Shown: positions 36,901-43,375 of the stretch, piece by piece
Position numbering within the stretch: position 1 is the first letter of the stretch
Layout: every line of letters begins with the position of its first letter
DNA from: Methanomassiliicoccales archaeon UBA280
GTDB taxonomy: Archaea; Thermoplasmatota; Thermoplasmata; SG8-5
DNA length: 64,000 bases
Direction of reading: 5' to 3'
Assembly (NCBI GenBank): GCA_002499085.1
Contig: DAKD01000036.1
Coordinates: 24,213-88,212 of the forward strand
The notes under the pieces: model-generated
What the model was told of the DNA's origin: nothing
The model's input: only the letters and a program-made list of their open reading frames with translations
Databases searched by the model: none
Translations under genes and position numbers: made by a program

Positions 36901-39424
36901 TCTCGGCCGAGAAGGCATAATGCGTGGTGTGAACGGCATCCCCTTGCCATCCTGCGATCGCAATCATGAAGTCCGCGCCCATGCCCCTGATGGAATAACC
37001 CGTGTCCGCATCCAGGTCTGAATCTATCATGATGTGGAACATGTCCATGATGCCCTCGCTGGCCACGGGTTCGCCCCTGAGAATGTCGCCTTCCACCTCC
37101 ACACAGAATGAGACATATGTTTCAGCGTTCTCCGCGACCCAGGCGCCGACAATGTCGATGCTGTCAGGTATCCCCGAGGGCACGGAGCTTATGCCGGATA
37201 TGTCGTTCCAGTCTGCGAATTCGCCGTCGATGTTGATGGGATACCGGACAGTGTCATTTGAGCCGGGGTACATGACCGGGATTATCAGTAGGAGCGCCAG
37301 AACCAGTGCGCCGTAGAGCACCCATCTGCTGCGCTGAGCCCTCTTCCGAATCACGTTGCGCCTGATGGATATCCCGCCCTCGCCTCCCAGACCGTTTGTG
37401 AGCCCGTTGGTAAGGCCGTTCGTGCGCCCGAGCCCGTTTGTAAGGCCGTTGGTCCTACCCAGGCCGTTCGTGAGGCCATTGGTCCTGCCGAGGCCGTTTG
37501 TAAGTCCGTTGGTTCTTCCGAGGCCATTGGTCCTACCGAGGCCGTTCGTGAGTCCGTTCGTTTTCCCCAGGCCGTTTGTAAGTCCGTTTGTTCTTCCGAG
37601 GCCGTTCGTGCGGCCCAATCCATTGGTGCGGCCCAATCCGTTTGTGCGGCCCAGGCCGTTCGTCATGCCCTTGGATCTTGCCAGGCCGTTGGTGAGGCCT
37701 TTTGCCTTCCCCGGGGGAGGGGCAGGCCTCTCCTTCTTTATGTCCTTCATCGGCTCCGGCCGGGCCAATCTCTCCAGCTCATCCAAATCTGCCATCCCGT
37801 CGGTTTCGAGCTTCCTGATGTCAGATTCCTCGAGAGCGTCGCCCAGGGAAGTTAGCTCGGCCAGGAGCTCGTCCTTGAACTCCGATTCCTTGTCATCGGA
37901 CGTGAATTCCTTGACAGGCGTTTCCTTCAGGCGTTTCCTGTCTATTGCCGATTTGACCTCTCTCGTGAAATCCGCGACGCTGATGCCTGTGCTTATCAGC
38001 AGTTCGAGCCTGGCCCTGTCATCCTCGAGTATCTTGGCCGCCTTCAGCATCCTGCCGCATCTGTCCAGCCTATCGATCTCCTCGGGCGTGAGCTTGGGGG
38101 CTTCCAGGGTTCCCAGCTCTTCAAGGAACTTGTCCTCGTCAGCCTCGCGCTTCCTCTTGCCTGCATCGAGCTCCAGGGTCTCGTCAATGGACCACAGCTC
38201 GTCCTCGAGGGACTTCTCGTCAACACCCAGGTCCGTGATGACGGACCCCAGGGCTTCGTCCTCCAGGTCCGCCGTCTTCTTTGGCAGCTTCCCGGCGAGT
38301 TTCGCGATCTTCGGGCTGGGTGTCTTGTCGACGACCATGGATTCGAGTTCCTTGGCCAAGTCCTCGGATTTCATTGGCTTGACCGGGGCCTCGGCAGCCC
38401 GCCTGTAGCAGTTCGCGGCCTTCTCGTGCTCCCCCATCTTCGTGAACACTTCGGCCTTCTCGGCCCACACGCCCGGGTGGTCCATGTCGAGTTTTGTGAC
38501 CTCATTCAGAGACTTCATTGCCAGGTCCAGGTGGCCGAGTTTTGATTGCGTGGAGCCGAGCGCGAACCAGCTCTCGATGTCCTTCGGGTTGATCCGGACC
38601 CTTTCCTCGTATCTGCCCAACATTTGGTTCAGTTCCTGCTCGGCCTGAACCTCCTCCTCCTCTTTCATTATCATGCCGCATTCGTAGCATACCTTCTCAT
38701 CGGTGCTGAGAATGGTGCCGCAGAGCGGGCACTGTATTTCCTCGAGTTCCTTGGCCGGTGCAGGAACCTCAAGTCTCTCTTGGGCCCTGCTTTCCAGCCT
38801 GTCCTGGAACGTGAGGATTATCTTGATCTTCTGCGCGGATTTCAGGCCGATTCCGTTGACCTGGGCCAGCTCGTCCACGTTGGCCTCTTTGAGGTCCTCG
38901 ATGTTCCTGAACCCTGCATCATAGAGGGCTTTGGCCTTCAGGTCACCGATTCCGGGAACTTCCATGAGGACTGCGATGGCCTTGGCCTTGAGCTGCTGCT
39001 CCGGTTTTGCGAATCCCTCCCTGAGGATGTCTTCGGCAATGTCCTTGAGCGTTATGGGGGATGTGAGCAATTCCAGGTATGGGCTTTTCGTCTCCGAACA
39101 GGCTGCCTTGACAGCCTGAAGGAATTTCGCGGCCGCTTCCTCGTACTTGCCCCTCAGGTTCTGGCTGAGGCCGAGGGCCAGGTACAGCGCCGACCAATTG
39201 GCGCCGAGCGCTTCTGCCCGTGAGAACGATGCCCATGCTTCATCATGGTTGCCCATGGCCAGATGCACCTGCCCGTACTCAAACCAGAGCTGGGCGTTGC
39301 CCGGGTCCCTCTGGAGCAGCTTCCTCAGTCTGGTAAGTTCTGTCTTGCCGCTGCCCTGGTCGTCGGATTCCGACACGCGGCTCCATTTCGCCGCAAAGTC
39401 CTCGGTGAAACGTTTCTCGGCCAT
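30959..39424 (-). CDS. Giant (2821 aa) two-anchor membrane protein: cytosolic TPR-(HhH)2-Zn-ribbon-TPR, TNGL repeats, TM, huge FG-GAP/TSP3/LamG-type ectodomain, PEF-CTERM-like end
   Basis: There is no signal peptide. N-terminal TPRs (NAQLWFEYGQVHLAMGNHDEAWASFSRA...). HhH pair PGIGDLKAKALYDAGF / VNGIGLKSAQKI. Zn ribbon CPLCG...CYECG. Acidic coiled region. An array of (GLGRTN/GLTN) repeats. RRNVIRKRAQRSR followed by the TM helix WVLYGALVLALLLIIPVMY. D-x-D-x-D-G Ca-binding repeats (DSDRDGIPDD, DFNNDGVPD, DVDSDGIAD). At least 6 FG-GAP repeats (GDINADGYGDVIVGAPG...AYVFFG). A ConA/LamG-like module (PLAYVDDLKIY). The C-terminus reads IIPEF-SAALIAIFIPFGMSVIVF-RRRRR. Confidence 0.9.
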   Translation of the reverse strand: MAEKRFTEDFAAKWSRVSESDDQGSGKTELTRLRKLLQRDPGNAQLWFEYGQVHLAMGNHDEAWASFSRAEALGANWSALYLALGLSQNLRGKYEEAAAKFLQAVKAACSETKSPYLELLTSPITLKDIAEDILREGFAKPEQQLKAKAIAVLMEVPGIGDLKAKALYDAGFRNIEDLKEANVDELAQVNGIGLKSAQKIKIILTFQDRLESRAQERLEVPAPAKELEEIQCPLCGTILSTDEKVCYECGMIMKEEEEVQAEQELNQMLGRYEERVRINPKDIESWFALGSTQSKLGHLDLAMKSLNEVTKLDMDHPGVWAEKAEVFTKMGEHEKAANCYRRAAEAPVKPMKSEDLAKELESMVVDKTPSPKIAKLAGKLPKKTADLEDEALGSVITDLGVDEKSLEDELWSIDETLELDAGKRKREADEDKFLEELGTLEAPKLTPEEIDRLDRCGRMLKAAKILEDDRARLELLISTGISVADFTREVKSAIDRKRLKETPVKEFTSDDKESEFKDELLAELTSLGDALEESDIRKLETDGMADLDELERLARPEPMKDIKKERPAPPPGKAKGLTNGLARSKGMTNGLGRTNGLGRTNGLGRTNGLGRTNGLTNGLGKTNGLTNGLGRTNGLGRTNGLTNGLGRTNGLTNGLGRTNGLTNGLGRTNGLTNGLTNGLGGEGGISIRRNVIRKRAQRSRWVLYGALVLALLLIIPVMYPGSNDTVRYPINIDGEFADWNDISGISSVPSGIPDSIDIVGAWVAENAETYVSFCVEVEGDILRGEPVASEGIMDMFHIMIDSDLDADTGYSIRGMGADFMIAIAGWQGDAVHTTHYAFSAERDSDDWNGFESTGSGRAEAAGSRLETQIPWSRLQVAQGTDISVLVHSQSWDGYVDYSDCLVSNSLCSMRISQYAIAPETVSGSGQNLLAILFEGKCGDSAVDSIRLTLEGTAGASAMSAVRLLDAAGTEISSAPPAASMSFTVGRTLAAGETLNLTVQADISASAAASRTLGLRIAAPGDIALSGAMAWLEVAVGQNELCYIGSVPQIPVVDGGFSDWRDRQLFDQINEVSTGKKSSADIRCYGAVSDGTGAYLHISSIGEFMSGSLVPIESTARAPNPNPQPVSPDSDRDGIPDDQEQPGYELDFNNDGVPDAQSVNSAGQRDVDSDGIADYPYGSDEYLVWEQGGTVMANVFIGRVEKPVVTGDDTARIYLDTDADPSTGYSIGGMGADRMVQFTGKHGSVKTSGHSRFVGTNQGAWSWSQIGTPAYMKDSRELESYIAVQLDPNATAWFEIEAWNEDGDDAKEDQIATELAATRSGPGDELTDQDMITMAEVTSGYGGNAGDKFGWNVSYAGDINADGYGDVIVGAPGTNGGEGAAYVFFGYDGFTSANANYLDPASADVTILGAAAGDELGWDVSDAGDVNGGGPDIIIGAPGHSSDTGRAYIFYSTTLTSGTPKTIDLATASTDVTITGEAAGDRFGASVSGAGDYDDAGNDDIIIGAQGFDSGRGRAYIFYGDGSIPTAAGSADVIMAGRHTNGNFGASVSSAGNTDGVGGSEVIVGEPGKDASYIYHAPTEETADSDIPVLGTLTNTYSNTHTQGDTYEFVKEGYTTGTYYAIGTEGTAYSDPFRNDNTGYKQQQLYLQSELAAGYIEEISIRTSTTVSGTYGTSYFRIWLCDVGALTTVTTNMVGNYNGLIANRVLVYDSSNVVLTGKVNDWGITFNIGSDVGYSDFNYDGVGSVLFDLEWSGFGSGSSVGSWVSGSHPNRMAYDMNNDGAGTADGTDQVWYVRFGMRTSSALEHKWLVDVPNRSNCTFFIDAFRTSNAEGDDFEIYYSKVGTGTVGSTGWTLMLTITKNADDDTYQKYSDSVLNDFLGTLYIGVIDKDRTSTHTQLDTLYLDHMYFRSIPFSVLYGEMKFTYTDYTVDMDSPVWGTVANTYTNIDELGTPDGATQSIQEVLDVSRVPTVEGFQASNGDTATSNSRALTAPAGITVGELLLLIVTDDYATTVSPHFNAVTGWTKIGESGSATPDAYIGAYWRIATGFEGASVTVTTTGAAYWLGWYIRISGADTTSPINAQNFAISTATGVNPHVIPQITTTVDNCLAIYGLSFDGGDGAPFSVASPWTESTEQTNGAATTYNSGCWGTKAQAAAGATGTASVTSAVTDGAAYFQLAIRPASYSLEHRWRTQSIPGGADKLTLYATGYHSAGSNDDFLIGYSTELSGPYTPVLAINSASSTTYSAPLPITLSGVFYLNVIDSNIADGIGQDTVYIDTINIRYGVSETMFGFSVAGAGKVDGSNDGVIVGAPGTDNGNAYVWLDGDYDNVAHINNDTYTEFTSVGSSLATNNPSGGIFATPTGELNLTGTTLFYDGFESYTAGTNPGSPWSTVTEGTGRVVDVSGTVSYSGSKSLMFDDDTATANTGCAIITSNFATAITVGAFEFWARCSDQGTTEEQFAVILRSGTTDAIEVGFFEERFAYQIGTTVYSLDTYNPDQWYHFRVVFDCNTDLMDLYIDGVSSGTGLGFTTAVTSINNIEITTFPWNFGAPRTNNGQPLAYVDDLKIYTTSSPGDYTSAQTTIPHFITSIKPFWNISTSANTVGWIAISRDGGTTWNQSAIQYGVWYMFPTEAVGKDLCYKVRMSTTHVGDTPILYNITLHYLYCTPPYVTLTGQSSGDKFGWSVSGAGNVGYGVAGDDGIDDIIIGAPYRNGGTGTVYIFNGSATMAGAISAANADYVKNGTQAGEHFGWSVDMAGDLDGDGYNDVIVGAPEKGPSSSADGTGWTQVLTVIIPEFSAALIAIFIPFGMSVIVFRRRRRANAQ
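37388..37700 (-). repeat. In-frame imperfect tandem repeat encoding about 25 units of G-L-(G-R)-T-N, immediately cytosolic of the TM helix
   Basis: The protein reads GLTNGLARSKGMTNGLGRTNGLGRTNGLGRTNGLGRTNGLTNGLGKTNGLTNGLGRTNGL...GLTNGLTNGLGGEGG. The DNA shows 12/18-nt periodicity with synonymous variation. Confidence 0.9.
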
Positions 39425-39560
39425 GTTCAGCCTTCGCTATAAGATTGTATTAGTTATGAAGAAAGGAACGGGGATATTTTAAGATTCTATACGTAAAACA
39501 ATTACATCTGTTTGAAAATCTGAAGGATATTGAACAATAATTTGTGAAATTGCCCCGCGC

Positions 39561-40262
39561 CTATGCGTCGGGAAGCGGCCGCCGGGGTATTTCCAGTACG
39601 GTCTCCTGGCCGAGAACTGTCAGAACGATCACCGTGTTCCCGCGCTTCATATCCCTTATCTCGGGCTTGAGATGTTCCTCGGCAAGCTTTACCATAAGCC
39701 TTCTGGTGAAACCCTTCGACTTGGCCCTCATCTCCAGTGCGATGTCCCTGAACCTCTCTGCCGGGAAATACCTGGCGTACCGGCCGTCCATCAAACGGAC
39801 CACGAGCTCCGAGTCAGTTAGCTCTTTAAGGCAGGTGCGCAGCCTGCCCTCAGTCGAGTCAAGACCGCCGAGCAGCGCTTTCACGTCTGAGCCCGGACTC
39901 TCGAGAATCGAATCGAAAATGCTCCGGCAGTTCCCCTTCGCAAGGACGGACAGCGCCCGGATGCTGTGTTCCTGAACCATCCCGACAGGGGCGAATACCC
40001 GGGATCTGCCATATTGCAATCTCTCGGTATAGCCGGAACTCACAAGCTGCTCGAGATGCCAGGAAACCGATGACCTGGAAATCCCTGTTCCGGATGCAAT
40101 GGCCCCGATGCCAGAGCACGGATTGAGGCAAAGGTGCTGGAAAATCCTTCTGCGGTTGGCGTTCATGAGGGGGCTTGACGGCCTTGCCCTGGCCCTGTCG
40201 GCATACCTGCCCTGCGGCACTATCTCCACGACGCTCTTCAGCGCCCGCCCTATCTTCGGCAT
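39561..40262 (-). CDS. Double winged-helix (ArsR-like) transcriptional regulator
   Basis: RRRIFQHLCLNPCSGIGAIASGTGISRSSVSWHLEQLVSSGY (ArsR-type wHTH) plus a second wHTH-like segment (SIFDSILESPGSDVKALLGGLDSTEGRLRTCLKELTDSELV). Confidence 0.7.
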   Translation of the reverse strand: MPKIGRALKSVVEIVPQGRYADRARARPSSPLMNANRRRIFQHLCLNPCSGIGAIASGTGISRSSVSWHLEQLVSSGYTERLQYGRSRVFAPVGMVQEHSIRALSVLAKGNCRSIFDSILESPGSDVKALLGGLDSTEGRLRTCLKELTDSELVVRLMDGRYARYFPAERFRDIALEMRAKSKGFTRRLMVKLAEEHLKPEIRDMKRGNTVIVLTVLGQETVLEIPRRPLPDA

Positions 40263-40269
40263 TTGAATC

Positions 40270-41172
40270 CTAACCGTCCATCAGCTCATACTCAAGCAGA
40301 ATCTGCCTGATGATGTAGTCCGGGTCCAGCGTGCCGATGTCCTCCATGGAGAGAAGGCTTATGGTCCAGTATATGCTGTGACTTACTTTCGGCGTGAGCT
40401 TCTTCTTCTTCGAAGCGGGCATCTTTGCCAGGGCCTTCTCCAGCCTGGAGTTGAGGTCCACCACATGGGGGGGCGTCTGGGCCGAGAGTGCGTCGTCCTG
40501 CACTATTATGCCGCTGCCCTTCACGATCCTGTAAGGATGCCAGTAATGGCTGTGCCTGCTGCTCCTGCACTTGATTATCTTCATGTCCCTGTGCTCCGGG
40601 CTCTCGTGGCTCTTGTATCTCAGGTGTATGACATTGTCAGCCAGGTACATCGGGATTATCAGGTCCTGGCCGGAGAGGTCGCCCATGACGCTGTGCTCCT
40701 CCAATGTGCATACGACAGTTCCGATCTTCCTTGTCTCCCTGAGAAGCAGCGAGACCAAATCCCTCTGCTCGTACCTGTGATGGACCGACCAAAGCACGGG
40801 CGTGAGCGGGTCGATTACTATCCTGGCATTGTAGCCCTTCCATTCCTCGACGAAGCCGACGAGTTCCGTCTTGATGAAATCAGTGAACTGCTTCCCGCCC
40901 GCGTCCACGAAAACCATCGCGCCCTCGTCGATATAGTCCTCGATGTTCTCCCAGCCCATCTCCACGACTTCGTTTATTATCTGTTTGGGCTCCTCGTCCA
41001 GTGTGATGAATATTGCATCCTCGCCCTGCTCCAGGCCCCGCTTGAGAAAGTAAGTGGCAAAAGTGGTCTTTCCCGCGCCCGAGGAACCAATCACGGCTGT
41101 TATCGTGTTCTGGTTTATCCCCCCGTCCATGAGCCTGTTCAGCCCGTAAATGCCGCTGCGGATCTTCTTCAT
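40270..41172 (-). CDS. KaiC/RecA-superfamily ATPase with ~70-aa C-terminal extension
   Basis: SGIYGLNRLMDGGI, Walker A IGSSGAGKTT, FITLDEEP, Walker B-like RIVIDPL, and the KCRSSRHS pattern typical of single-domain archaeal KaiC-like proteins. Confidence 0.8.
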   Translation of the reverse strand: MKKIRSGIYGLNRLMDGGINQNTITAVIGSSGAGKTTFATYFLKRGLEQGEDAIFITLDEEPKQIINEVVEMGWENIEDYIDEGAMVFVDAGGKQFTDFIKTELVGFVEEWKGYNARIVIDPLTPVLWSVHHRYEQRDLVSLLLRETRKIGTVVCTLEEHSVMGDLSGQDLIIPMYLADNVIHLRYKSHESPEHRDMKIIKCRSSRHSHYWHPYRIVKGSGIIVQDDALSAQTPPHVVDLNSRLEKALAKMPASKKKKLTPKVSHSIYWTISLLSMEDIGTLDPDYIIRQILLEYELMDG

Positions 41173-41176
41173 GGGC

Positions 41177-41422
41177 TCAGCGCCTCAGCATCTCCAGCTT
41201 CCTGTCCTCTTTGGTGGCCTTCTTGAACTGCCTGTAATGCTCCCGGCAGAGCTGGACGCCCCTGTCCTCGCCAGTGAGGTCCCATTTCATTGCCTCCTTG
41301 ACATTCTTCCTGGCCATGGAGCGCTCGGATTCGTTCCCGCAGCCCGCGACCTGGCACTTCTCCTTCGGTTTTTCGCCCCGGGTTTTTCTCATCGTATCAC
41401 AATATGATATCTGGATAGTCAT
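41177..41422 (-). CDS. Small basic CCCH-type putative zinc-binding protein
   Basis: 81-aa ORF 4 nt upstream of the KaiC-like gene. It has CQVAGC ... LCREH plus a Lys/Arg-rich tail. A TTTATC TATA-like element lies about 28 nt upstream of the ATG. Confidence 0.55.
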   Translation of the reverse strand: MTIQISYCDTMRKTRGEKPKEKCQVAGCGNESERSMARKNVKEAMKWDLTGEDRGVQLCREHYRQFKKATKEDRKLEMLRR

Positions 41423-41478
41423 ATTAAAGTCTAACGTAGGTGGATAAATACACCATTGGCTTTACAGGCACTGAAAAA

Positions 41479-42414
41479 ATGGACATGTACCTCGCAGGCG
41501 CCCTAGCCGCATTGCTGACATCGGCGCTTTGGACAGTGAACGCCGTCCTGTTCACCTCGGCCGGAAGGAAGATCGGTGCAGTGAGCGTGAATGCCTGGCG
41601 GATACTGTTCGCCCTGGCTCTGCTGTGGTGCACGCATTTCCTCATGACGGGCCGCCTGTATCCCGAGGGGAGCGGGGAGCAGTACTTCTGGATAGGGCTG
41701 AGCGGCATTGTGGGCCTGGGAATCGGGGACTTCGGGCTGTTCTCCTCGTTCGTGATACTGGGCACGAGGAGGGCCGTCCTGGTCATGTCGCTGGCCGCGA
41801 TATTCGCCGCCGTTGCGGCATTCTTCCTCTTCGGGGAGATCCTCACATTGGTGGCCCTTGCGGGTGTCATCATCACCCTGACTGGCGTCTGCGTGGTCCT
41901 GCTGGAATCCGAGGACAGGTCCCACGAGAGGAAGCTTACAAAGGAGGAGAAGACCAAGGGCATCGCGCTCGCCCTGGTGGGAGCCGTCGGCCAGGGGCTC
42001 GGCCTGGCCTTCCTGAAGATGGGCATGCTCTCTTACCCCGAGGCCACGGGCATGGCTGATGTCACAACCCTGGCAATAGCCTCGACCCTGATGCGCATGA
42101 TGATGGGCGCCTTCTTCGTCTGGACAGTTATCATGTTCTGGGGCAGGTTCGGGGAGCTGCGCAGGGCCTGGAAGAGCCCGCACAGCATGAAGCTGGTAAT
42201 GGCCGGCGCAGTGATCGGGCCTTTCGTGGGCGTCACCCTCTCCACTTTCGCGGCCTACACAACCGAGGTCGGGGTGGCGCAGACACTCATGTCCCTCATG
42301 CCCGTGTTCATCATCCCGGTCGTATGGTACACCTACAGGCAGAGAACGAGCTGGGTAGGGATTGTCGGGGCCTGCGTGGCTGTGGCCGGAGTGGCGGTGC
42401 TATTCTTGGTCTAA
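41479..42414 (+). CDS. EamA/DMT-family transporter
   Basis: About 10 TM helices in two EamA-like halves. I prefer the ATG at 41479 (MDMYLAGALAALL) over the listed GTG at 41440. Confidence 0.75.
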   Translation: MDMYLAGALAALLTSALWTVNAVLFTSAGRKIGAVSVNAWRILFALALLWCTHFLMTGRLYPEGSGEQYFWIGLSGIVGLGIGDFGLFSSFVILGTRRAVLVMSLAAIFAAVAAFFLFGEILTLVALAGVIITLTGVCVVLLESEDRSHERKLTKEEKTKGIALALVGAVGQGLGLAFLKMGMLSYPEATGMADVTTLAIASTLMRMMMGAFFVWTVIMFWGRFGELRRAWKSPHSMKLVMAGAVIGPFVGVTLSTFAAYTTEVGVAQTLMSLMPVFIIPVVWYTYRQRTSWVGIVGACVAVAGVAVLFLV

Positions 42415-42476
42415 TCGACAACTGGAATGGAGTCCATGTTGTCGATATTAGGATGGGTGAAGTCCGCCCTAAAATC

Positions 42477-42665
42477 TTATGGGAACTTCTCGGACGCCGG
42501 AACGCCTCCGAGGCCCCAGTTCTCCTTTGGCACTTCCTGGATTATGACCTCGACGGCCTGAGCAGGAATCCCCTGGTCCTCGAAGACCTTCGTAATCCCC
42601 TGGATTATGCTCCTCTTGACTTTCGCGTCGCGGCCGGGCCAGAGATACACATGGACAGATGGCAT
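42477..42665 (-). CDS. 4-oxalocrotonate tautomerase-family protein
   Basis: 62 aa starting MPSVHVYLW (catalytic Pro-1 context), with the beta-alpha-beta pattern ...KRSIIQGITKVFEDQGIPAQAVEVIIQEVPKENWG. Confidence 0.75.
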   Translation of the reverse strand: MPSVHVYLWPGRDAKVKRSIIQGITKVFEDQGIPAQAVEVIIQEVPKENWGLGGVPASEKFP

Positions 42666-42787
42666 TTTATCCTCCTTGCCTGACAGGATGGCAAGGGCGG
42701 ATTTAAGGAATTGGATGAGGTACTGCCTGTTTGAATGCCATAAATTAAATATAGAATAGGGCTTTCCGCTGATGGACATAGCAAAAA

Positions 42788-42808
42788 GGGCCCGTAGCTT
42801 AGTCCGGT
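42788..42808 (+). repeat. Exact 21-nt duplicate of the tRNA 5' end (acceptor strand plus start of D arm)
   Basis: GGGCCCGTAGCTTAGTCCGGT is identical at 42788-42808 and 42961-42981. Confidence 0.95.
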
Positions 42809-42809
42809 A

Positions 42810-42917
42810 CGTCAAGATGACAGGCCGAAGTACAAGCCATCTTGACGTGAGGACGAGTCCGAAGGATTCGTCCGTATCCACAAGATATCTGGAAGCAATC
42901 GATAGTAATTCTTGTGG
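42810..42917 (+). ncRNA. Three consecutive strong hairpins following the tRNA-5' duplicate (candidate structured RNA; function unknown)
   Basis: The first is 42810-42847, with 10-bp stem CGTCAAGATG/CATCTTGACG. The second is 42851-42873, with 10-bp stem GGACGAGTCC/GGATTCGTCC and a GAA loop. The third is 42878-42917, with 8-bp stem CCACAAGA/TCTTGTGG. Confidence 0.35.
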
Positions 42918-42960
42918 GAGGACTAAGATGCGGGACAGAATCTAAGCAATAAACAGCTAA

Positions 42961-43034
42961 GGGCCCGTAGCTTAGTCCGGTGGAGCGTTTGGCTCATAAC
43001 CAATTGGTCGCCGGTTCAAATCCGGTCGGGCCCA
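42961..43034 (+). tRNA. tRNA-Met: tRNA with CAU anticodon (elongator Met, or Ile2 if C34 is modified)
   Basis: A manual cloverleaf fold works. Acceptor GGGCCCG/CGGGCCC, D arm GCTT-AGTCCGGTG-GAGC, anticodon loop CT-CAT-AA, variable loop TGGTC, T arm GCCGG-TTCAAAT-CCGGT, discriminator A. No encoded CCA. G1:C72 argues against an initiator. One T:T mismatch sits at the top of the anticodon stem. Confidence 0.85.
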
Positions 43035-43035
43035 C

Positions 43036-43044
43036 TTTTATTTT
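43036..43044 (+). terminator. Oligo-T tract TTTTATTTT directly after the tRNA
   Basis: Archaeal-type T-rich termination signal 2 nt after the discriminator base. Confidence 0.5.
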
Positions 43045-43060
43045 ATAAGCTGATAGTCGT

Positions 43061-43128
43061 GGGCCCGACCTATCGCTGCCTATTGCTATCAAATGTTCTC
43101 AGTGAAGGCAGCGATCCGGTCGGGCCAC
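43061..43128 (+). repeat. Repeat unit A: long hairpin whose 3' strand copies the tRNA T-stem/acceptor 3' strand (tRNA minihelix mimic)
   Basis: GGCCCGACC-t-ATCGCTGCC [26-nt loop TATTGC...CAGTGAA] GGCAGCGAT-cc-GGTCGGGCC. ATCCGGTCGGGCC (43114-43126) is identical to tRNA positions 43018-43030. Confidence 0.8.
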
Positions 43129-43289
43129 TGTGTTAGAGCTGATATTGCTATAAAAGTGGGCAAGACGAACACGTTTCCGATGCTCTCTCAACACAGTGTT
43201 CGTCGCAGTCGCCAAACTAGCGCCCGTAAGCAACAACCAATCAGAGTCTGTTTGGCGATTGTCAGCTCTAGCATGGAGTCGTCTCTTTC

Positions 43290-43343
43290 ATTCTTTTGCT
43301 ATTATCTGTTCGTAAGTGAAGGCAGCGATCCGGTCGAATCCGC
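43290..43343 (+). repeat. Repeat unit B (loop plus 3' arm only)
   Basis: TTTTGCTATTATCTGTTCGTAAGTGAAGGCAGCGATCCGGTCGAATCCGC. The core AGTGAAGGCAGCGATCCGGTCG lies at 43315-43336. CGAATCCGC (43335-43343) pairs with GCGGATTCG (43367-43375). Confidence 0.75.
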
Positions 43344-43375
43344 TTATCGAGCATATGGGTTCATCCGCGGATTCG

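Noticed and set aside
8702-39424. A diversity-generating retroelement or other hypervariation mechanism acting on the giant surface genes.
   Set aside because: There is no reverse transcriptase ORF, and I saw no template/variable repeat pair with A-specific mismatches.
42666-42881. N-terminal extension of the tautomerase ORF (listed as 42477..42881) running into the tRNA-5'-duplicate/hairpin region.
   Set aside because: The 4-OT family needs Pro-1 directly after the initiator Met (MPSVHVY at 42665). The extension has no coding features and overlaps strong RNA-like hairpins.
42788-42960. The upstream tRNA-like 21-mer read as the 5' exon of an intron-containing, split or permuted tRNA.
   Set aside because: I could not fold any anticodon arm, T arm or matching 3' acceptor strand from the following sequence. 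The downstream tRNA is complete on its own. Known split sites are near positions 29/30 or 37/38, not about 21. I keep it only as a repeat or possible ncRNA.
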